Shown here piece by piece: positions 12,493 through 23,592 of a stretch of DNA of 63,760 nucleotides (position 1 is the first letter of the stretch; each line of letters opens with the position of its first letter). Source of the stretch: Paraspadella gotoi (lineage: Eukaryota > Animalia > Chaetognatha); assembly GCA_051294375.1 (NCBI GenBank), contig CM119265.1, positions 28,084,665 to 28,148,424 on the forward strand, in the 5' to 3' direction. Made by a program: the position numbers and the translations under genes. Under the pieces are notes generated by a model, which ran no database searches, was not told where the DNA came from, and worked only from the letters and a program-made list of their open reading frames with translations.

Positions 12493-14465
12493 GTTACAAT
12501 AGTTCATACATAATTTATAATTTTATTCTGCGATGTTATTGCTTTCTGAGCTTTTTTTTTCTTCTCTCTCTCTCTCTTCTCTCTCTCATCTCTCTCTCAG
12601 GCAGCGACGGACAACTGGTCGAGCGAAAGAGGCCGATCTATATTCGAATCGACATAGCGACGAACTTCAGCGTTGAGTTTACTTTTTTTGGACAAAAAGA
12701 GCATCAGGGTATTTGGAGGAAGAAAAAAGGGCATCATAGGCATTTGGACTGAGGAATAAAAAGGTGTCACCTATCATTTGGATGTCAAGCAGAAGGGCAA
12801 TCACGGCATTCACAAGTCAGTAGAAAAAGCATCACGGGCATTCACAAGTTGATAAACAGGGGCATTAGCGCAATTTTCAGGAAGAGAAAAGGGCATCGCG
12901 GGATCTGGAAGAAGACGATACTTCATCTGAAATTTGTGAAGAAAGATAAAAGAACATCTATGGATAAATCGCGTGGATCTTGTGATAAATTTCGTGATAA
13001 AATCTCGGTGATAGATTCAACCTCGATCTTTGAATCGAAAACGAATTGAAGGATCGAACAGAAGAAGAGAGAGGAAGAGAAGTAGGAAGAAGACGAGGAC
13101 ATGGGGTCGAGGGCGGATCTTGGGGCGGAGAAGGAGAAGGAGGAAAGAGGAAGTAGAGGAGGAGGAGAAGGGGAGGAAGGAGGAAGGCGAGAAAGGAGGA
13201 GGAGAAACGGAATACTGAAGGAGTGGAAGAGGAAAGTGAGAGAACAGGAGATGTGGAAATGAATCCGGGAAAGATGGAGAATGGTTTGATCGATTGAAAT
13301 TGAATCGAATGTCGAAGGGAAGAGACAATTCGATCAAGGATACGAACGTAAAAAACAAATCTAGTGAAAAACGAATAAATAAAGAACATAAATGTAAAAC
13401 TGCTCATTATAATATAAAAAACAAAAACTACGACGTTCGAAATAAAGAGGTGCGTCGATGACATTGAGGGACGATAAAAACATCGAGAAAAATCGGAGGA
13501 AAAGACAAAGGGCGGGAAATTCGAGAGAAGAAAAGAGGAGAATCGTTTCGACGAAACAAAGATGGAGAATTTTGGGTGAAGAAGCGAAGTTGAGGAAAAT
13601 GAGGGGACGAACGTCGACGAAAAAAAACGAAACACGTGGATTAATCAATCATCAATCAATCAATCAATCAATCAAACAATCAATCAATCATCAATCAAAT
13701 CAATCAATCAAACAATCAATTAATTTATTAATTGATTAAATTCAATAATCAAGTCAATTGATTGATTAATAGATCATTCATCAATCAATCATTCAATCAT
13801 CAATCAGATCAAGTGTGTAATCGACTAATCAACAGATCAAATCCTTTTTTCAGCGTCTCGGCAAAACCAGCACGGCTCCGATCCGAGGACGAGGACGAAG
13901 GAAGCAATAATTCGAGTCGAACAAGCCAAAGAATTTCGTGGAATTACGTACACATTCAGGGAGTAAGAGTAGGCGAGTAGAGAGAGGAGAGAGAGAAGGA
14001 GAATGAAAGGGAAAATCTTGCCCAATTTCTCTCTCATCAACTCGACAGAAAAATCTCGTCTTGGGCAAAATCCTTGGAATCGCTCCCAGTCACGAGACGA
14101 AGTCCTCACTGGTTCAACTGGCTCGACCCACAGCGTGGACGCTTGTCCGGGACCAGGTGCCGACAGGTGCCGGGACAGTGCCGACGACATCTCCGCGTTC
14201 CAGCGTCGTGTTGAGAGAGTTTTCCATCGAGTTTTGACTTCAGACTTTTAGGAAGAAGAAAGAAGAAGGAAAAGAGGGGAGAAGAGGAGGAGGAAGGGAA
14301 CGTTCAGAGCCGAGGCTGGAATAGGTAAGTGTTGTTTTTGAGGGTGAGGGTCGGATTTGGCTTTATTATAACGCGGGATGGTTGAGTGTGTTGGGCGGAA
14401 CAATAGAATTTGTTTGTACTTACACTTCGGTTTTACTTTTTACTGATGGTAAAAATTAATACTAA

Positions 14466-14535
14466 GGGCTCGTCCGGGAATTGAAACCGGACTCTCGCAC
14501 CCTAAGCGAGAATCATTCCTCTAGACCAACGAGCC
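14466..14535 (-). tRNA. tRNA-Pro(AGG)
   Basis: Minus strand GGCTCGTTGGTCTAGAGGAATGATTCTCGC-TT-AGG-GT-GCGAG...CCCGGACGAGCCC. Best AGG copy, with minor indels in the T arm. Confidence 0.85.
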
Positions 14536-14942
14536 TTTTCCTTCCTTCAGGTTCATCACCTACTCCGGACCAAGAGACTCGCTGACGAGAAAGACGAGCG
14601 ACGACGATGAACGACGACGAGAAAAACGAATTTAAAATGACAACAACAACACAACGACGCCATTTTTAAAAGACAAAAGAGTTGAAAGTTCAGGTTATAA
14701 TAAACACTTTTGTTGAAATTTGTGTTTGAATTTATTTTAAGCTTGTTACGTATTTTTATAATAAAATGAAAATAAACGTGGAAACTGGGTGGACAATTGA
14801 TTGTATATTATTTAACTATTATTTACAGAAACAATCGACGAGAAAAATGTCAAAAATTCATCAGCGAAGAAAAGACGAAAAGAAAAGATGAAGAAAATCT
14901 GGGAAAAACGTCGAAGATTCAGAAAAGTAAATAATTGAAGCT

Positions 14943-15016
14943 GGGCCTCGTCCGGGAGTTCGAACCCGGGACCTCTCGCACCCGAAGGGAAGAATCATAC
15001 ACTAGAACCAACGACC
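14943..15016 (-). tRNA. tRNA-Pro(CGG) variant with anticodon-stem mismatch, noisy copy
   Basis: Homolog of 23170-23240 and 30285-30356. Confidence 0.7.
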
Positions 15017-15075
15017 AGAGTTAGAGGAAGGGCTGAGCTTAAGTTTGGCAACTCCTGTCCACTTCTCTCCTCCCT

Positions 15076-15108
<33 letters not shown>

Positions 15109-15176
15109 TCCTCCCAGGACAGCAGTCTCCGTCCTTCTTTCGCTTCTTCTCTTCCTTCAATTCCTCCACGAAGAAG

Positions 15177-15214
<38 letters not shown>

Positions 15215-15236
15215 TCTTCCTCTCTCCCCATCCCAG

Positions 15237-15405
15237 ATCCACGAATGCATCCAGCGCCAACTCAAAGCCGACGTTCGACATCTTACGAACGAAGTGACGT
15301 GCCACGCCCCCGCCTACGCGCTCAGCGCCGCTATGACGACGGTTGCAGCGCCGGTCATCGCCGGAAATCGTCCTTGCGTCGCCGCCGTCCGTCAGGTGGG
15401 AGACG
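15237..15405 (+). CDS. exon A of unit gene (cleanest copy): IHECIQRQLKADVRHLTNEVTCHAPAYALSAAMTTVAAPVIAGNRPCVAAVRQVGD
   Basis: CT-rich tract + CCCAG acceptor; G|GTAATC donor; 169 nt (phase 0 to 1); non-low-complexity translation. Confidence 0.65.
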
Positions 15406-15570
15406 GTAATCGAGGGGGGGGGCTTGTTGGTAGAAAACCGACATTATGGGTCTGACAATTCGGAGAATAAAAAAACGATTTTTGAAATGTTACATTGTGA
15501 CATTGTCTTTATGAAATTATGAGTACAAATGTATATATATTGTTTAGCTTAAAACAAAATAAAAGATTGA

Positions 15571-15642
15571 GGGCTCGTCCGGGAATCGAACCCGGGGCCT
15601 CTCGCACCCGAAGCGAGAATCATACCTCTAGACCAACGAGCC
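15571..15642 (-). tRNA. tRNA-Pro(CGG)
   Basis: Intact 72-nt cloverleaf GGCTCGTTGGTCTAGAGGTATGATTCTCGCTTCGGGTGCGAGAGGCCCCGGGTTCGATTCCCGGACGAGCCC with A box, B box and a downstream TTTT. Confidence 0.97.
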
Positions 15643-16524
15643 ATCTGACGTGGATTCAATGAAATTTATGCAACAAATATTAAGAAGTAAATCGTCAGTT
15701 AATATAAATAATCTTTTTTGTTTGAAGTTGGACTGGTTATGGTTGTTTCAGGCCTTACTCTTACAGTATATTAATATAGGGATATAAGGGAGTGGTCTTT
15801 TCATACAATAGTAACATTCTTTAAAACTTTATACCAATTTATTGATAGGGAAGNNNNNNNNNNCCATCTCGCGTCAGATATTTCTTCTTATCTTCCTCGC
15901 ATCAAAACAGAAGATTTTTCTCCCATTATTCACCGCCCAGCGTAAGAGAGGCAAGGGACGGACGGACCGACCGACTTACGGACGGACGGACGGACCGACC
16001 GACCGACCGACGGACGGACGAACCGAGCGACGGACGGACGGACCAACGATCGGCCAAATGTCACCCATTTTCCTTCCTATTCATTTTTTTAAAACGGTCA
16101 CAATTTTTTTAGTCTTTCTAATGTCATTTTATGAACTTTGTCTCTCTTAATCTTTGTCCTTTATCTCTGTCCCTCAATGTCACTCAGTGAAGAAACTTTG
16201 TCATTTACTCTTAATTTCTTTCGAAAATTTTAAAATTGAGAAAATCAAAGACAAAAAAAATAGGAAAATAAAATTCTCTCTCTCGACTTTCTGTGATAAA
16301 AATCTTTCTCGATGATAAACTTTTTTTTTAAAAAGTTGTTTTTTATCAGTTCGAATTTTTATCAATGGCGCCACCGACAAAGATTTCTCAAGAAGAAAAA
16401 AAAATAATAATCGTGAATTTGTTATCTGTTTTGTTTTTAACAATGATTCACTACGAACTGTAGCTTCGAAATGTATAATTAGNNNNNNNNNNAAATAAAA
16501 TTTAAGAAAAATACTTTTAAAAAA

Positions 16525-16928
16525 ATGTTGAGTTTAAATGGGAGGAACATCGTCGTCATCGTCGTGATCGTCGTCGTTTTCTCTCCGCCGGAAATCCTCG
16601 CTCGTCCGGCGCCGAGAGAACGAGGAGCGAAATCGGCGCCGATGAATTCCATCTCGCCGGAAAACGTCGCTTCGAAGGATTCGATGACCGGAGGATTTCT
16701 CGGTCGCTCTCTGCCGGACGAAAACCGGAAAGGAGAAGAGACGGAAACGCGACGGGTGATGGTGAAGACCGGAGAGGCGGCGGCGGCGGAGGAGGCGGCG
16801 GCGGCGGCGGCGGCGCGGCGGCGGAGGAGCGGCGGCGGCGGAAGAGGCGGAAGCGGCGGCGATGTCTCGCAAAACAACGACGACAACCACCAAAATCAGA
16901 ACAACAACAACGTAAGCGTCTGAACTAA
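16525..16928 (+). CDS. candidate small secreted Ala/Glu/Thr-rich protein (consensus needs indel correction)
   Basis: MLSLNGRNIVVIVVIVVVFSPPEILA-RPAP is signal-peptide-like, then EAAAAEEAAAA and, by consensus, MSRKTTTTTTKIRTTTTKRLN-stop. Other frames are also largely open, so the frame is uncertain. Confidence 0.4.
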
Positions 16929-17419
16929 AGACAAAAACAAATTTCGTGATTTTTCCTTTGATTTTGATTCTAATCGTCGTTTGCGTCGGAGGCGTTAAAG
17001 GTTGTTCTTGTTTTTGTTGTTGTTGTTCTTGTTATTATTCTTGTTTTTGTTGTTCTTGTTGTTGTTTTGTTTTGATTTTGTTAACTTCATTGTTATTAAT
17101 TTTGTTTTGTTTTTTAAAAAGTCGTTTTTATTTTGTAATTACAGAAATAAAATTATTTTTTCTTTTGGTTTCCTTTCGAAACAAAGAAAGATAATTCATC
17201 CATTTTATTTTTTTTGCTTAATCGAAAATCTATAAATTCAAAAAAAAAGTTTTTCCCCACAAGAAAAAAAAATTTTCCCCTGACTTACGGAAAGCGAAAC
17301 TTTTATCGATTATTTTAATTCGTTCAACAGAAATAAAGATGGAATCCACGATAGAAATTCCATATAATTTGTTTCGACTTGTTTTATCTTGTTANNNNNN
17401 NNNNNNNNNNNNNNNNNNN

Positions 17420-18270
17420 TTTATCTTCCTTGCCCTTTCTGCCCAGGTACCGTCTACCGCTTTCCCATAACTCTGCCATCTCTTGCCCAAAGACGGGCTT
17501 GCCTTCTCTTTTCCATACCCTGTGCCCTTTGCAAGTACAAAGGTAATCTATTCTTCCACCATCCATGTTCTTTCTTTATTTTTTTTTTTTTTTATCTTAT
17601 TCCCTCTCCTATAGAATTGGTAAAAAAAAATAGAACAAATATCATTCATTTTTAATAAATAATCTATTTTGGACCCTGACTTTGGACAGGCTATGGTGTG
17701 TTAAATCTCTATCACTCTTACAGATTATGACATCAGCAGGTCCCTGCAAGCTTTCAATCCAAGACTCTCTCACAGTCTCATTTATTCACTCCACGAGTAC
17801 ACTGGCTTCCCTATTAAGAAGTAGTATTATATTTTAAGTGAATTTTAAATAGCAAGAAAAAAACCACTATTACACTATCTTACAATTATAGATACTAGAA
17901 GGTGGATATTTTATTGTTAATCCAGAAAATAGTTTTTCAACCCGACTCTCAGCAACCCTTCCTTCCCCTTTCTGTTCTTTTCTTTCCCTTTTATCTAATT
18001 ATCCTCTCCCTTTATTCCTATCTCCTTTCCCATTTTCCTATTAACCTCCTTTTCTACTTCCTTTTTGCTATAATCCTGCTGTCCTATATCGGCCTCTTTT
18101 CTATTACTCCTTGAATTCATTAATCTCGTCCCTTTCGCCTTATTGCATCAGATTTCCATTTTTCCCGCATGAATCATAATCTTCCCTTTTTCCTATTAAT
18201 CCTGTCCCTCCTTTTTTCCTAACAGAAGTCCTCTCCTCTTGCTTTTTCCTAATTATCCTATCCCACCTTT
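17420..18270 (-). repeat. inverted noisy copy of block ~6150-7027
   Basis: CCCTTTGCAAGTACAAAGGTAATCTATTCTTCCAC and GATACTAGAAGGTGGATATTTTATTGTTAATCCAG are reverse complements of 6887-6923 and 6516-6551. Confidence 0.85.
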
Positions 18271-19660
18271 TCTATTGAATCGACCCTGGTCATGTTGTAT
18301 TTCTAATTCATCTCATGACCGTTTAGGAATTATTTCTTTCTCCAGTGTGTCGTCCTTCTCCTGCCTAAGGTCCCTTTTATCCTCGAATAACCGGAAAAAG
18401 GAAGAAGAGACTAGTGGACCCCCGCGACGTGGTTGCACCCTGATTTTGTGGAAGACGGTGAATTAATCTCACTCCCTGTTGCGCGGCCTGATAATCCGGT
18501 GCCCCGCCCCTGTAGTGTCTGTATTGCACCCGCCTAGCAGGCGGCGGCGGCGCAAGTGAGGCGGTCCCAACGTGCACCTGCCGCCCTTCCTGGCCCGGCG
18601 CTACTCCGCTCTCGTTTCAAACACACGACGCACAACCTTACCAAAATCAGCAACAAACCAACAACTAAGCGTTCGTACCTGAACGCTAAACGCACAAAAC
18701 AGTTGTAATTTCGCTGATGTTGGCTCTTTAAGATTGTGATGGTCTTTATGATCGCTCTGCGCCTTCTACAAAGTTTGTTTGTCTGTGGCGGAGGCGTAAA
18801 GTGTTGTTCTTGTTGTTTGTTGTTGTTGTTCTGTATAATATTCTTGTTATTTTGTTGTTTCTTGTTGTTGTTTTGTTTCATGATTTTGTTAACTTCATTG
18901 TAATTTAGTTTATTGTTGTTTTTGTTATTTAAATAGTGTCGTTTTGTATTTTGTAATGTACAGAATATAAATATTATATTATTTTTGTTCTTTTGGTTTG
19001 CTCTTTTTCGAAACAAAGTAAAGATAATTCATCATTAGTACCATGTTTTATTGTGATTTTGTGTTGGTGTCTTGGTATGTAGTCGAAAATCTTATAAGAC
19101 TTCGTGTAAATATAAAAAAAAAGTTGTTCCGTCCCCACACGAGTATAATAAAAACAATTTTCGTTGTTTTTCTTCCGGTCCGTATCCCGACGAGTAAAGC
19201 TAAGACGAAAATCAACCTGTACTACCTTACAGTTATTTCCTCTTTAAACCCGAAGTGAACGGCGAATCCAACTTTCTTATTCGATTGTCCTAATTATTTG
19301 AAATAATGGCTGAACTCAGATTTTCCGGCCTTTAAATTTCGAATAATTTAATTTTTTGAAGTTTTCTAACAGAAATTGTTAAAGATTGTTATGCCAACGA
19401 ATTTGAATGTACCAATTATAATTTGTTTATCGACTTGTTGTTGTATCTTTGTTAATTTTTCTTTACTAAGTCGCATCAGTGAGCTTTACAGTATATTGAA
19501 CTTTATCACTAGGTTCCCTTTCGGTCATTTAAATCCTAAATCTTTCATTTCTTTCACCAATATTCTCCTCTCTCGCTCTCCTCTCATCGTCTCTCTCTCG
19601 CTCTCTCTTCTCTCTCGTCTCTCTCTCTCCTCTCTCCTTCTTCCTCTCTCCCCATCCCAG

Positions 19661-19832
19661 ATCCACGAATGCATCCAGCCGCCAACTCAAAGCCCGACGT
19701 TCGACCATCTTACGAACGAAGTACGTGCCACCGCCCCCGCCACGCGCTCAGCGCCGCTAATGACGACGGTTGTACGCGCCGGTCATCGCCGGAAATCGTC
19801 TTGCGTCGCCGCCGTCCGTCAGGTGGGAGACG
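19661..19832 (+). CDS. exon A of unit gene (copy 2, with indels)
   Basis: Homolog of 15237-15405 with the same acceptor and donor. Confidence 0.55.
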
Positions 19833-20000
19833 GTAATCGAGGGGGGGGCTTGGTCTTGGTAGAAAACCGACATTATGGGTCTGACAATTCGGAGAATAAA
19901 AAAACGATTTTGTAAATGTTACATTGTGTGACATGTCTTTATGAATTTATGAGTACAAATGTATATATATTGTTTAGCTTAAAACAAAATAAAAGATTGA

Positions 20001-20072
20001 CGGCTCGTCCGGGATCGAACCCGGGGCCTCTCGCACCGAAGCGAGAAATCATACCTCTAGACCAACGAAGCC
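20001..20072 (-). tRNA. tRNA-Pro(CGG), copy 2
   Basis: Homolog of 15571-15642 with a few indels. Confidence 0.8.
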
Positions 20073-20611
20073 ATCTGATGGATTCAATGAAATTTATGCA
20101 ACAAATATAAGGAAGTAAATCGTCAGTTAATATAAATAATCTTTTTTGTTTGAAGTTGGACTGGTTATGGTTGTTTCAGCCTTACTCTTACAGATAATAT
20201 TAATATAGGGAATTAAGCGGAGGGTCTTTTCATACAATAGTAACATTCTTTTAAACTTTATTACCAACTTTATTTGATAGGGAAGCCAGGGTACTCTGAG
20301 AGGAATAAAAACGAGATGTGAGAGAGTCTTGATTGAAAGCTTGCAGGGACCTGTAAGAGTAATAGGGCCTTAAACCACCAAAGAATTTCCAAATGCAGGG
20401 GCAAGATAGCCCTTTTTGTTTATTAAATGAATGAGTAATTTTTACATTTGTTGTACCAATTTCATAAGTAACCTGCGTTGAAAATCTTTCAATCAAGATT
20501 CTCTCACTGTTTTTAGTGAGTTAACTGCCAGATCCAACTCTGTGGATGAAGTTGCATAGTATTGTTAAAGTGATTAAACGCATATTGTCGCATTGATTTT
20601 AAAAAAAGTAT

Positions 20612-20683
20612 GGGCCCGTCCGGGAGTCGAACCCGGGACCTCTCGCACCCAAAGCGAGAATCATACCGCTAGACCAACGAGCC
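20612..20683 (-). tRNA. tRNA-Pro(TGG)
   Basis: Intact 72 nt GGCTCGTTGGTCTAGCGGTATGATTCTCGCTTTGGGTGCGAGAGGTCCCGGGTTCGACTCCCGGACGGGCCC followed by a T7 run. Confidence 0.95.
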
Positions 20684-20757
20684 GTTACATAAGTTCATAC
20701 ATAATTACATTTATTAATTTTTTTCTGCGATGTATTGCTTTCTGAGCTTTTTTTTTT

Positions 20758-20802
<45 letters not shown>

Positions 20803-20837
20803 TCTCTCCTCTCTCTCTCTTCCTCCTCTCTTTCCAG

Positions 20838-21848
20838 CGGCGACGGACAACTGGTCGAGCGAAGAGGCCGATCTATATTCGATCGACAGCGACGACTTCA
20901 GCGTTGATTTACTTTTTTTGGACAAAAGAGCATCAGGGTATTTGGAGGAAGAAAAAAGGGCATCATGGCATTTGGATGAGGATAAAAAGGTGTCACCTCA
21001 TTTGGATGTCAGCAGAAGGGCATCACGGCATTCACAAGTCAGTAGAAAAGCATCACGGCATTCACAAGTTGAAAAAAGGGCATCGCGGCATTTTCAGGAA
21101 GAGAAAAGGGCATCGCGGGATCTGGAAGAAGACGATACTTCATCTGAAATTTGTGAAGAAGATAAAAGAACATCTATGGATAAATCTCGTGGATCTTGTG
21201 ATAAATTTCGTGATAAATCTCGTGATAGATCTTCAACTCGATCTTTGAATCGAAAACGATCGAGGATCGAACAGAAGAAGAGGAAGAGGAAGAGAAGTAG
21301 GAAGAAGACGATGGACATGGCGGTCGAGGCGGATCTTGGGGCGGAGAAGGAGAAGGGGAGGAAAGAGGAAGTAGAGGAGGAGGAGAAGGGGAGGAAGGAG
21401 GAAGGCGAGAAGGAGGAGGAGAAACGGAATACCGAAGGAGTGGAAGAGGAAGTGAGAGAACAGGGAGGTGTGGAAATGAATCCGGGAAAGATGGAGAATG
21501 GTTTGACGATTGAAATTGAATCGAATGTCGAAGGGAGAGACAATTCGATCAAGGATACGAACGTAAAAAACAAATCTAGTGAAAAACGAATAAATAAAGA
21601 ACATAAATGTAAAACTGCTCATGATAATATAAAAAACAAAAACTACGACGTTCGAAATAAAAGAGGTGCGTCGATGACATTGAGGGACGATAAAAACATC
21701 GAGAAAATCGGAGGAAAAGACAAAGGGCGGGAAATTCGAGAGAAGAAAAGAGGAGAATCGTTCGACGAACAAAGATGGAGAATTTTGGGTGAAGAAGCGA
21801 AGTTGAGGAAAATGAGGGGACGAACGTCGGACGAAAAAAACGAAACAC
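20838..21848 (+). CDS. exon B of unit gene: charged protein segment with 10-aa (K/R)(R/K)ASxH repeats, basic cluster and Glu-rich tract
   Basis: TTTCCAG acceptor and C|GTGGGA donor; 1011 nt, stop-free (ORF 20735-21949), phase 1 to 1. Confidence 0.8.
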
Positions 21849-21856
21849 GTGGGATT

Positions 21857-21892
<36 letters not shown>

Positions 21893-22075
21893 NNNNNNNN
21901 NNNNNNNNNNNNNNNNNTCACATTACAATCCAACACAACAATCAATTAATTATTAATTGATTAATCAATCAATCCAATCAATCAAATGATTGATAATAGA
22001 TCATTCAATCAATCAATCGAATTAATGAATATAATCGTTTAATCGATCAATCAATCAATAATCACCTTTTTTCAG

Positions 22076-22195
22076 CGTCTCGCAAAACCAGCGCCTCCTC
22101 CATCCGAAGCGAACGACGAGGAAGCAAAATGCGTCGAACAGCCAAAGAATTTTCGGGGAATTTCGTACACATTCCAGGGGGAGGGAGAGAGAGAG

Positions 22196-22235
<40 letters not shown>

Positions 22236-22550
22236 GAAAGGAAAATCTTGCCCAATTTCTCTCTCATCAACTCGGACAGAAAAATCTCCGTCTTGGCAAA
22301 ATCCTTGGAAATCGCTCCTCAGTCACGGAGACGATCCCTCACTGGTTCACGCCTCGACCCAGCTGGACGCTTTTGGTCCGGAGACAGGTGCCGGACAGGT
22401 GCCGACAGTGCCGACGACATCTCCGCCGTTCCATCGTCGTGTTGAGAGAGTTTTTCATCGAGTTTTGAACTTCGCCTTTTGGAAGAAGAAGAAGAGGAAG
22501 AAAGAGGGAGGAAGAGAGGGAAGGGAAGTTCAGACCGAGGCTGGAAGTAG
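22076..22550 (+). CDS. exon C of unit gene (PSRKTSASSIRSERRGSKMRRTAKEFSGNF...RVFHRVLNFAFWKKKK...EAGS)
   Basis: TTTTTTCAG acceptor and AG|GTAAGT donor; 475 nt; the frame predicted from exon B equals the open ORF 22129-22554. Confidence 0.7.
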
Positions 22551-22686
22551 GTAAGTGATTGTTTGGAGGTGAGGGTCGGATTTGGTATATATAACGCGGG
22601 ATGGTTGAGTGTGTTGTGGGGAACAAATAGAATTTGTTTGTACTTCACTTCGTTTTACTTTTTACTGATGGTAAAAATAATATTAA

Positions 22687-22753
22687 GGGCTCGTCCGGGA
22701 ATGAACCGGACCTTCGCACCCTAAGCGAGAATCATCCTCTAGACCAACGAACT
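22687..22753 (-). tRNA. tRNA-Pro(AGG), copy 2 (deletions)
   Basis: CTCGC-TT-AGG-GT-GCGA anticodon arm retained. Confidence 0.7.
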
Positions 22754-22766
22754 TTTCTTCCTTCAG

Positions 22767-22908
22767 GTTCATCACCTACCATCCGACCAAGAGACTCGCT
22801 GACGAAGAAGACGACACGACGATGACGACGAAGAGAAAAACGAATTTTAAATGACAACACAACAACGACAACAACGACGCCATTTTAGACAAAGAGTTGA
22901 AAGTTCAG
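22767..22908 (+). CDS. exon D of unit gene (RFITYHPTKRLADEEDD...NDAILDKELKVQ)
   Basis: CCTTCAG acceptor with phase 2 matching exon C; CAG|GTTATA donor. Internal indels must be corrected using other copies. Confidence 0.6.
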
Positions 22909-23050
22909 GTTATAATAAAAAACACTTTTTGTAAATTTGTGGTTGAAATTTATTTAAGCTGATCAGTATTTTATAATAAAATGTAAAATAAACGTGGAAA
23001 CTTGGTGGACACAATTGATTTGTATTAAAATATTTACAATTATTTACACG

Positions 23051-23152
23051 AAACAAACGACGAGAAAAAATGTCAAAAATTCATCAGCGAAGAAAAAGAC
23101 GAAAAGAAAAAGATGAAGAAATCTGGAAAAAACATCGAAGATTTCAGAAAAA
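23051..23152 (+). CDS. exon E of unit gene (consensus KQIDEKMSKFISEEKTKRKDEEIWKNxEDFRK)
   Basis: TTTACAG acceptor is clear in the copies at 14828 and 24057; GTAAA donor; translation is from a cross-copy consensus. Confidence 0.55.
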
Positions 23153-23169
23153 GTAAAATAATTTAAACT

Positions 23170-23240
23170 GGGCTCGTCCGGGAGTCGAACCGGGACCTCT
23201 CGCACCCGAAGGGAGAATCATACCACTAGACCAACGAGCC
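23170..23240 (-). tRNA. tRNA-Pro(CGG) variant (anticodon stem CTCCC/GCGAG)
   Basis: GGCTCGTTGGTCTAGTGGTATGATTCTCCC-TT-CGG-GT-GCGAG...GGTTCGACTCCCGGACGAGCCC. Confidence 0.85.
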
Positions 23241-23285
23241 AGAGTTAGAGGAAGAGGCTGACTTATTTTCTCCTCCTCTCTCTCT

Positions 23286-23326
<41 letters not shown>

Positions 23327-23330
23327 CCAG

Positions 23331-23592
23331 GACGCAGTCTCCCTCCTTCTTTCGCTTCTTCCTTCAATTCATCCACGAAGAAGATTTTTCCCAAATGCGA
23401 TCTGCGTTTGCATCGGAATGCGATCAGAGACGCCGAATGCGAGCGAAGGAGCAAAGGAAGATGCGAGCAAAGACGGTGGAGAGGCGACGAGGGTGGTGAG
23501 AGACTGACGACAACGACGACGACAACAACAACACGACGACGACGACGAAAAAAACGAAAATTGGAAATGCTTCATGTGAGAGAAGATAAATG
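23331..23592 (+). CDS. exon F of unit gene (consensus DAVSVLLSLLPSIHPRRRFF...RMRSETPNASEGAKEDASKDGGEATRV...LETLHVREDN)
   Basis: (CT)n + CCCAG acceptor and G|GTAGGT donor; the 3' part is cleaner in ORF 30551-30799. Confidence 0.55.
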
